Assembly: GCA_951406725.2 (NCBI GenBank)
Contig: OX597818.1
Coordinates: 122,512,001 to 122,576,000, forward strand
From: Octopus vulgaris
Taxonomy: Eukaryota
Length of the DNA stretch: 64,000 nucleotides
Direction of reading: 5' to 3'
The notes beneath the pieces were generated by a model, which ran no database searches, was not told where the DNA came from, and worked only from the letters and a program-made list of their open reading frames with translations. Positions 53,866 through 64,000 of this stretch are shown piece after piece (the stretch's first letter is position 1; each line of letters starts with the position of its first letter). Position numbers and translations under genes: made by a program.

Positions 53866-54499
53866 ATATGTATGTACGTACAATGTCCGAGGGATACATA
53901 TGGACATATGAAATAATTGCATAAAACAACTCTTACATGGCAAACCAAATGTATCTTAATAAAAATTCGTGCACAGGTTCTCGATAAGCATTCTTATAAG
54001 ATTATTCTTTGGTTTCACTTTCTGCTTCGATGACTGCTTCAGTGAAAGACCAAAATATTTGTGTGCGTGTGTGCGTTGCGTCAATCAAATTCATTCACAA
54101 GGAATCAATCGGCTATGCCCTGGATCTAGAATCACTCGATTCACTCCTACTCTATAAACATATATTTTACGAATGATAACCAACCAACACTGGACAAACT
54201 CAAAACCTTATTTATTCGTAAGTTCGCTGTCAGAAGATCAAATACCTTCGCTACTCGCATTTACATGTCAGCTTTTTTTTATAATGGTGAAAGCGTGAGA
54301 CCTCGTGGATCAGTGGTAGAATTCTCTGACATGAATTTGTGGACCCGAATATTAGATTGGACGGGGAGCTGTATCATTGAGAGATACACTTCATTTCACA
54401 TTGCTCATGTCTACTCGGCTTAAATTGAATACCAGTTGAATACGAGTGCTACTCTTCATCTTACCTGTTGCCAAATTAACGTTGTTTCGCTGTTTCAAG

Positions 54500-54565
54500 G
54501 ATGAGTCCAAGGATGAATCTATATCTCCTGATGGCTACATAACCACAACAAAATTCAAAAGCATG
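54500..54565 (+). CDS. Candidate 66-nt internal exon of an unknown transcript
   Basis: ttgtttcgctgtttcaag|...ATG|gtacgt; open in phase 0 as DESKDESISPDGYITTTKFKSM. No homolog recognised. Confidence 0.25.
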
Positions 54566-55422
54566 GTACGTTACCACAACATATACATTTGCAAAATGAT
54601 GTTTATAACTTTTATGGTGGTCAGAAAAAAAATATCTAATCCTTATTACTTCCACTTCACTGAACACACTAAACTTTGGAATAAATTGGTTGTTACATTC
54701 TATAAAATGGGTTTGCGTTGAGATGTAGGTATGCTTGGATTCTTGCATTTGTAGCTTGCTTATAGAAAGTGTAAGAGAAACTAAATATAAATAAATTACA
54801 TTTATATTGCAATTATAAGAACCAGAATATAGTCTTAAGTAAAAAAAGTAAAAAAAAAAAAAAGAATAACATGGAAAACATCAGATAAAAGTGAAAGTTA
54901 CTGGCTTCCCACCAAAGTATATTCTCTGCCAGAATAAGCAATCAATTATGAGAAAATGTCAAAAATGGTATATTAAATCACTGTCAACATGGAAGATTGA
55001 TTTAAATTCTGAAAGAAAGAGGTCAGCATTTCTGCGGTTTGAAAAGTACAGAAGACATAAATTTCAAGATATATTTATTTTTCTGTTTGTTTATTTTTGA
55101 AACAGAATGATTTTTCTCTGTTGTCAGAATAAAAAAGCATCTTCCGTGTAACTATGATTTGAGCCAAATAATATTACACATTCTGTTCCGTGTTGATATC
55201 GACGATTACATCACTTTTAGCAAAATTAATTCGTGCTGTGTAACATGAATTAGTTTGATACGCAATAATCATAACTTGCAACAATATGTCGCAGACGATC
55301 TGACCTTTAAATGTAATTAAATTGCCTTTGTTCTCTTTTGCTGGACGTTGTTCATTAATCTATTCAATTAAATTTGTTGTTTAGCCATCATATTCGAGTT
55401 GTGTACCGGTAGCTATGTAATA

Positions 55423-55632
55423 TTTTCTACTCTAGGCAAAAGGTCTGAAATTTTGGGGGAGGGGGCAGTCGATTATATCGACCCCAGTGCGTAACTGGTA
55501 CTTAATTTATCGACTCCGAAATGATGAAAGGCCAAGTCGACTTCGGCGGAATTTGAACTCAGAACGTAGCGGTAGACGAAATACCGCTAAGCATTTTATC
55601 TGGCGCGCTAACGATTCTCAAGCTAGTCACCT
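55423..55632 (-). mobile_element. SINE family A, tail type 2
   Basis: Tail ccctcccccaaaatttcagaccttttgcctagagtagaaaa. Also at 32970-33120 and 44143-44258. Confidence 0.88.
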
Positions 55633-56844
55633 TATAACTCTTTACAATAATACTTCAATTTTCAATTTATCGTTTCAAATATCAATTCTTTCTAATGAAT
55701 ATTTCCTATACTGGAAATTTTGCAATACCTTCGCCAACTGCCTCACCTCGATTTATTTATTTTATGATGGTATATCTTACAAATTCGACGAAAGGGAAAA
55801 GACAGAAATCCCTTCTTCGAAAGTTCTACTGAAGCGTCATTGTGCTTTAGATGTAAAATCATTGTTCAATAATTTCCAGGTGATTTCTCCGTAAATTATA
55901 ATCTGAAATGACGGACAATGTTTAGTCATGTCATTAGGGCCGACGATAAAATGACATCCTGTACGGAATAATAAAGAAGAGGCTCCGAAATGACATGTAT
56001 ATATACATATATATATGTATATATATATATATCTGTCTGTATGTATGTATGTATATATATATATATATATATAATATAGGCATACATCACATACACACAC
56101 ATTCACAAATATGAACACACATATATTAATTTCGTATAAGCACGACGTGAAGTAGCAATCATAGATACAATAGACTTCGTGTATGAAATTATATCTAGAA
56201 TCTATTTATAGGAACGAATGTTTCGACCTGGCTCTAAATTATACTCACGGTTTCTGCGACTGATGAGGCGATCATACTGAGACACTCACACATATCTGTT
56301 AGGCCAAAGACATATTTTGGGGAATAGCCGCAGAGGGAAATTCACATTCTTCTATATATAGTTGAGTCAAAAATAAATTTACACATCTCTAATTTGATCC
56401 TTGCTTTTCCTTGTGTTTCTACGTATTCTTATCCATTCGATTCTTTCAGGGTGCTGGAAACATCTGAGCAGGATTGCATAGCTTGTACACTCACTCTGTT
56501 GTTGACTATCTTCACACAGCTCCACTATAACATTCCCGACTATACTTCCAGAAACCTTTAGAAATCTGGACATCTGGAACGGCGTATTTGGCCGATAGAG
56601 TGAAAGTATCACATCCACTGCCTGACACGTCAGAGCCATTGATTTACCCTATGTGTGCAAGGCGATGGTCTGTACCTCGAGATTTAGACTTTTCGAACCA
56701 ATACTGCCATTTCCATATCCGATTCAGACAGACTAAGAAATGTGTATATCTAGAATATATGAAATATAAGTGCCAGTGTGCACGTGTCGAGTTTCCTAAT
56801 CTCACTGACTGAATAATACACACACACAAGAGTAAACTGTAACC

Positions 56845-57075
56845 TTTCTCCTAGTTTCCAAGGGCTTTGAGAAATATATTAAGAATATTGGAGCTGCTGT
56901 CAGGCTCGAGGTGTTTCACATGGCAGCATTGTTGGGTACAGCTCACATTCTAAGGAGAGTGTTGTCTTTTTGAGTCATTGGAGAACGTACTACTTGAAAC
57001 CTTTTCTGATTTGTTGTTGCTTGCTTTCAAGTAAAGAACAACCGGTGGTTAAGAACTATCCGAGAGTCTTTCATA
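56845..57075 (+). mobile_element. R4/Dong-type RLE LINE 3' fragment ending in (TAG)n
   Basis: VSKGFEKYIKNIGAAVRLEVFHMAALLGTAHILRRVLSF*. Confidence 0.82.
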
Positions 57076-57103
57076 GTAGTAGTAGTAGTAGTAGTAGTAA
57101 TAA

Positions 57104-60100
57104 TAGCTAGAGCAAAAAGAAAAAAATTGTTGGTTCACAGAAGTAGAGCTCGAAGCTATCAAAAGACGGGTATTGGAAAATACCATCAGAGATAATGATG
57201 AAAATACAGTAGTGGTACTTTACTTGATGAGAGACATATAGATGATCCGAAAGAAGACAATAAAACTAATTGTGATATGACAGATGAACAAAAGGCAATC
57301 TACGATAGAATACAGGCAGGACTACAGGAGAACGATAGTGATATTATTTGCAATCTTAAAAAGGTTGATCGATGGAAATTGAACCAAGAAACGAAAAATT
57401 TCATTGAAATTCTGAAATACATCAGAACAAATAATCACAGTAACACATAATTTGATTAAGGCAGCAAGTTTTGTTGTTGCAGAAAATGTGGGTGTTGATG
57501 TCAAGAAAAAGAAACATAATGGGAGTGACAAAAGAAAATATCCATGGTGGAAAAGAAGAATACAGGCAGAGTTAGACATGCTCTCGAATGACATTTCTGT
57601 GTTAGACCGAAAAGAGAAAGGGGAGCTTAAAAGCAAGCAAAAATACAGGGCACTGAAAAGGAATTTATAATATTGAAAGAAAAGGACTGAAAGTGGTAAT
57701 GGAGACACCGAAACAGCGCCTCGTTGCAAAGAAAGCAAAGATCGTAAGATACGACCAAAGAATGAAGTGTTATGAGCAGAATAGGTTATTCAGAGTAGAT
57801 CAGAAGAGATTCTATAAAGAAATAAGTGCAGAGTGTACGCATGAAAAGCTGATACTAGATAACATTCCGTATGCTGTCAGTAACTTAGCCATGTTATGGA
57901 TCGACTATCGCTAGGCGTACGATATGATACCACATTCTTGGATTATGGAATGTATGAACCTATTTGGTATTGTTGAGCAATTTCTTTGGAAAAGTATGGC
58001 GAATTGGAGGACGGACAGTCAAAGGTTTTGGAGTGATATCTGGAGCAAAGACAAGGAACACAAGACGGATGGTGAATGGTTGCAAGAACTAAAATAAACA
58101 ATAGTCTACCCAAAAGAGGGTAGAACTAGTCATTTCAGTTAGGGAAGTGAAGGAAATCAGCAAAAATTAATCAACTGGAAGGCCCTGGGACCAGATGAGG
58201 TTCAAGGCCACTGGATCAAAAGGTTTGGTAAATGTCATGCAGGAATAGCTGCGCAACTCAATACCTTGTTAAATGCCGACCAAGTAACACTAGAGTGGTT
58301 GCCATTGGGTAGGACAGTGCTGTGCTTGAAAATATCGAAAAAGGCAATAAGGTAGACAATTACAGGGCGATATCCTGTTTGCCACTTATGTGGAAATTGT
58401 TGACTGGAATAGTTGCAGAGTCAATGTACGAACATCTGGAAAAAAATGGAGTGCTGCCACATGAGCAAAAGGGTTGTAAGCGTAAGTGCAGAGGTACCAA
58501 GGATCAACTCCTCATAGACAAAACTGTATTTAGAGACTGCAAGAGGGGGAAAAGTAACTTAGCCATGTTATAGATCGACTATCGTTAGGCGTACGATATG
58601 ATACCACATTCTTGGATTACAGAATGTATGAATCTATTTGGTATTGCATCGATTGTTGAGCGATTACTTGGGAAAAGAATAGCGAGTTGGAGGACGGACC
58701 TGACAGCATACGGAAGAAGTTTAAGGACAATAGAAATCCCCACTGATCTTTGTACTATGCTTGATACCACTAACACTGATTCTGAAAAAGGCAAAAGCTG
58801 GGTATGTATTCAAAAGCCGCCAACAAAATGTCAACCATTTGTTATTCACGGATTACCGCAAACTTTATGGTAAAGATGAATTCGAAGTCCGATCCCTCGT
58901 TGATACGGTGTATACTTTCAGTGCTGATATCAGAATGGAGTTCGGACTGATAAAGTGTGGTGTGTTACTCTTGAAGAAAGGCAAAATCAAATGTATGGGT
59001 GGGCTAACGATATCGTCGAGGGAGGTTATGAAGCAGATAGAGGAGACGGGCTATAAGTACTTGTGGATTTGGGAAATGGAAAAATTAATAGAGAAAGAAA
59101 TGACAGAAAAATTTAAGGTGGAGAACTTACGCAGACTGAGACTGATCCTTAAGTCGAAATTAAACGGTCGGAATAAGATTGGAGCTATCAACACCTGGGC
59201 TGTTTCACTCCTTAGATATGGAGCAGGGGTAATCGCATGGACAGTAAATGAACTAAGCAGTTTAGACAGAAAGATAAGGAAGTTGCTAACTAGATATGGG
59301 ACACTCCACCCAAAAAGTGACACAGACAGACTGAATGTACTAAGTAAAAGAAAGGGAAGAGGACTTATTGGATGCGAACACAGCATGAGAGCAGAAGAAA
59401 ACAACATAGAATGGTATGTAAATAATGCCACAGAACCGCTGTTATTAGCAGCAAGAAGGTCAGGCTTGTGTGGGATGAAAGACTGCAAAGATAAAGCATT
59501 GTACAAGCAATTGAAAACGAATGAAACTGAAAATAGGTTGGTAAAGAAAAGAATGCATGGACAATTTGATAGGGCTGTTGAAGATAAGAAAGACATAGAA
59601 AAAAGAGATGGCTGTGGATGACTAAAAGCGATTTAAAACCGGAAACGGAGGCTCTTATCTGTGCTTCCAAAGAGCAAGCACGAAGAACAAATTACATAAA
59701 ATAACAGAATAGACAACACATCAGAAAGTGGTAAGTACAGAATTTGTGAACAAAACGGCTAAACCGTATGGCATATGACCAGTCAATGTACGCCACTAGC
59801 CCAGAAGGAATATAAAAGACGCCACGGCAATATAGCAAGGCTTGTCCATTGGACACTTTGCAACAAGTATGGACTTGACAGAGCAAAAAGTTGGTACGAC
59901 CACAAAGCCGAAGGCATCATCGAAAATAATAATGCGAAGATCCTATGGGATTTTATGATTCAGTGCGACAATGAGATAGGGAATAGGAAACCAGACAGTC
60001 TTAATTGGGAAAGAAAGCAAACTATGCTGGACCATAGATATAGCATGCCCAGCTAACAACAAGGTATGCGATAAGGAAAAAGAAAAGTCGATAGATATGA

Positions 60101-60378
60101 CAGGTTAGCTTGGGAGGTTAAGCAGTTGTGGTCGATGAAAAATGTGGTAGTAGTACCAATAATTGTCAGAGTCCTGGGAATAGTGAGCAAAATCTTGAGA
60201 AGTACATGGAACAAATAGGGGCTGCAATAAGGATGGAGCACTTGCAAACAGAACTACTTGGAACCCCTAGAATGCTCCGGGAGGTGTTCGAAAAATAAGG
60301 GATGCTACCATAGTTCACTGGTAGGGAACAGCTGATACCGTAGTACATCTCCAGCGTAAGAAGCTGGGCAAAGGCAAT
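57104..60378 (+). mobile_element. Near full-length decayed R4/Dong-clade non-LTR retrotransposon (RT, CCHC, restriction-like endonuclease)
   Basis: [108 protein letters not shown]. The QGD motif is deleted near 58740. Flanked by TAG/TAA repeats. Confidence 0.92.
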
Positions 60379-60423
60379 AATAGTAATAACCATAATAATA
60401 ATGATGATAATGATAATAATAAA

Positions 60424-60900
60424 AAGAAGAGGAGGTAGAAGATGAGGAAGAAGAAGAAGAAGAAGAAGAAGAAGAGGGAGAAGAAGAAGAAGGAGAAGAA
60501 GAAGAAGAAGAAGAAGAAGAAGAAGAAGAAGAAGAAGAAGAAGAAGAAGAAGAAGGAGGAGGAGGAGGAGAAGAAGAAGAAGGAAAAGATGAAGAAGAAG
60601 AAGAAGGAAAAAATGAAGAAGAAGAAGAAGAAAAAGAAGAAAAAGAAGAATAAGGAACAGAAGAACGAAAAGAAGAAGTAGAAGAGGAAGAAAAAAGAAG
60701 AAGAAGAAGAAGAAGGAGGAGGAGGAGGAAAAGAAGAAGAAAAAGATGAAAAAGAAGAATAAGGAAAAGAAGAAGAAGAAGAAGAAGGAGGAGGAGGAGG
60801 AAAAGAAGAAGAAGGAGGAGGAGGAGAAGAAGAAGAAGAAGAAGAAGAAGAAGAAGAAGAAGAAGAAGAAGAAGAAGAAGAAGAAGAAGAACAGGAAGAA
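60424..60900. repeat. About 480-bp (GAA)n/(GGA)n polypurine tract
   Basis: Direct inspection. Source of the poly-K/L/F ORFs. Confidence 0.97.
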
Positions 60901-60984
60901 AAATCTTTCTAATTCTGGTACAAATCCAGCAATTTTAAGGGAGACGGCTGCTTGATTACAGCGATACAATTCCATGATAAGTAC

Positions 60985-61037
<53 letters not shown>

Positions 61038-61505
61038 GATTAATTCCCGAAAGAATGTAACACAATGTCGAATTGCAGCACCCTGATTGTCGCAATGAAA
61101 CGGAGTCATTTACGTATATAATTTACTAATATTGGGATCACATCGATCTCAATATTATCATTTGGTCAGTGTGTTTTACCACATGAATTGTCCCCAATTG
61201 ATATGATTGTCATGAATTGCAGTTAAGTGAGTTTCTGCCTATGTTGTCGTTGTATTTTTGTTGTTTTTTTTGCTTTATTTTACCTCGAGGAAGAATTGGA
61301 ATTCAGAAAATTCCCAAATAGGAATATTTCGAATTCTTCATTTGAAAATACTGCTTTCAAATTTTGTCCGATAGTGTAACATTCTAGTAATATCTACACA
61401 GTACCAATGTAGATATGTAGATAAATATCTACATATCTACATAGGAACTTACGTACAAACATACAAGCATACACATGTATGTGTTTGTATGAAGTTTGAA
61501 GATAC

Positions 61506-61560
<55 letters not shown>

Positions 61561-62231
61561 TCTTATATATATATATATATATGGGTGTGTGCATAATACA
61601 GACATAAATATGTTTACACACGCACACACGCATGTATATATATATATATATATATATATTGCTTTATCAACAATTTTATTACTAGTCTCTTAACCCTTCT
61701 CGCATGTCTATAGAGAAGAACATTTATCCTTCGTGGAAACGAGATGCCTCATTCTCTCCGCTGTTGCTTTAAATTTATATGGACATGTTAGATACCACAG
61801 TCCTCGATATAGTATCTCAGAGAAAAATATGAGACAGTTGGGGTAAGAAACCTTTCTTCATAGTATGATTGTTCTCAGGTTTGACTTAACAAAATTTGCT
61901 TCACTATATACATAATTACAAGTGACACAAACATTAATAAAAAAATGTTCTTTGTAGGCTTATAAATAGTTGTAGCTTCAAATTTGAAAAGCAAATCGGC
62001 CGCTCAACATTACTTATGTAAATTCACTCAATAGTCCTTTTGGTCAAGCTAGGACGTACTTCGCAGGAATATTGAACTCCAAATTGCGTGGTAGTGAAGC
62101 AAATTTTCTCAACTAAAAAAATATCTATACGGTCTTATGAGGAAACCTATACATGACATGTCAGCTTAAGGGAATGTATGATACACTGGACAGTGTAGAT
62201 TTAGATAGTCGACATGAGATGATCTTACCTA

Positions 62232-62458
62232 TTTCTTTACTACCCACAAGGGGCTAAACACAGAGGGGATAAACAAGGAGAGACAAACGGATTAAGTCGA
62301 TTATATCGACCCAGTGCGAAACTGGTACTTAATTTATCGACCCCGAAAGGATGAAAGGCAAAGTCAACCTCGGCGGAATTTGAACTCGGAACGTAACGGA
62401 AGACGAAATACCGCTAAGCATTTCGCCCGGCTTGCTAACGTTTCTGCCAGCTCACCGC
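62232..62458 (-). mobile_element. SINE family A, tail type 1, full length
   Basis: TSD cttaccta at 62224-62231 and 62459-62466. Confidence 0.93.
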
Positions 62459-63308
62459 CTTACCTAACCTGGAGGTCAGCTCGATCAGGTTTGACCAGGT
62501 GTGGCTCCAAAGTAACCAACTTCACGTTCCTTGATCTAGTGAAACTCCCAAATCCCCATATATTTATATTCAGCCCCCTTAAACACTATAGCTACTTTCC
62601 TTTCCTTGGATTAATTATCGAAATATTCACATATAATACGAAATCTTATCTGAGTAATTGTGTTGGACCTTCGCGCCATTTGGCGAGAATATTCTCAATA
62701 TATCTTCAAGGTGTTTGCAAATTGAACTGGATTGGTTTTATGCAGCTTGCGTGAGATTAATCGATATTTATTGGTAATTGATAGATTCATATATATTAAT
62801 ATTTCCAAAGTTTGTACAGCAAATATGTATATATGCGCTCATTCCCACCCGTTTCAATCAACATCTGTTATAAGTTTCTATTATTGGATTACGTCAATGC
62901 TGAAGTATAGCATATAAAGGTTTGGTCGATTAGACCATTCCCAGCATTTGATTTATCTATCTGTAATTTGGAGACGCAAACTTAAGGGACATAAAGGGAC
63001 ACAACAATTAAGTAACGTTACTACTTAAATCAATGTATGTAAAGAAATGAATCTCCGAACGTATCCCATTATCCGATCAACTGCATTAACATGTGACTAA
63101 GTAATCTATAGAGAATTAAACATGTACCCCGAATGCAAATCCCCAGTAAAATCAGCGCGACAGTGTGCAACATCGCTGCACCATTGATTACTGGAACAGT
63201 CCACCCGATAAGCTTCCGCATAATTTGTGTATACTCTATTTCACTCACGAAGATTGGATCGATGCAAGGCAATCATAAATGACACTAGCTCAATATACCA
63301 CATCGTAG

Positions 63309-63695
63309 TGGAGGCACAATGGCCCAGTGGTTAGGGCAGCGGACTCGCGGTCATAGGATCGCGGTTTCGATTCCCAGACCGGGTGCTGTGAGTGTTTATT
63401 GAGCGAAAACACCTGAAGCTCCACGAGGCTCCAGCAGGGGATGGTGGTGATCCCTGCTGTACTCTTTCACCACAACTTTCTCTCACTCTTACTTCCTGTT
63501 TCTGTTGTACCTGTATTTCAAGGGGCCGGCCTTGTCACTCTCTGTGTCACGCTGAATATCCCCGAGAACTACGTTAAGGGTACACGTGTCTGTGGAGTGC
63601 TCAGCCACTTACACGTTAATTTCACGAGCAGGCTGTTCTGTTGATTCGGATCAACCGGAACCCTCATCGTCGTAACCGACGGAGTGCTTCCATCC
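63309..63695 (+). mobile_element. SINE family B, full length
   Basis: 14-bp TSD ataccacatcgtag at 63295-63308 and 63696-63709. Confidence 0.94.
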
Positions 63696-64000
63696 ATACC
63701 ACATCGTAGGATCCAACCCTGACCCTCGTGATTACTGATAATTTTCTGAGTCAATTTACCATGGAATACCCATAATTGAACTTAAACACACACGCATATA
63801 CACACATATATGTGTTAGTGTTTGTATGTGTAACAGACGGACAAGAGTTACATAATTACTTTCATTAGGTTACCGCTGTTCCAGGCTTAAAGCTTATTTT
63901 AAAGGCTGTGACAAAGGTGTGGGTTGTTATATCGGCACTTGCTAATGCGTGTGTGGTTCGTCTCGCTTAAAGACAAATTAATGAATGTTATTACATAACT

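Noticed and set aside
63069-63272. Hydrophobic 67-aa ORF resembling a membrane-protein exon
   Set aside because: A stop lies immediately upstream, and removing the adjacent SINE does not restore a longer frame.

Overview
AT-rich, microsatellite-dense eukaryotic DNA that is essentially all repeat. The SINE families look like those I recall from Octopus, so a coleoid cephalopod is my inference, not a database result. No host protein-coding gene can be called with confidence; nearly all listed ORFs are microsatellite translations or transposon relics. Contents: one full-length dead mariner; a nearly full-length R4/Dong-type (restriction-like endonuclease) LINE plus five 3' fragments, mostly next to (TAA)n; RTE fragments, one with a twin-priming inversion; six decayed Tx1/L1-clade ORF1 (gag/CCHC) units, some with no ORF2; four tRNA-head SINE families; a Helitron; a TIR MITE; and several short (TA)n-anchored elements carrying hammerhead-ribozyme motifs. 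Highlights: (1) a type I hammerhead ribozyme with an intact core at 24349-24441 (-), plus a dispersed set of minimal hammerheads; (2) a Tx1-centred parasite network, in which the commonest SINE and the ORF1-only elements share the Tx1-like 3' tail and the SINE prefers a GGTA-like target, including inside itself; (3) a SINE tail that matches the RTE 3' end in the same window; (4) two long fold-back hairpins.
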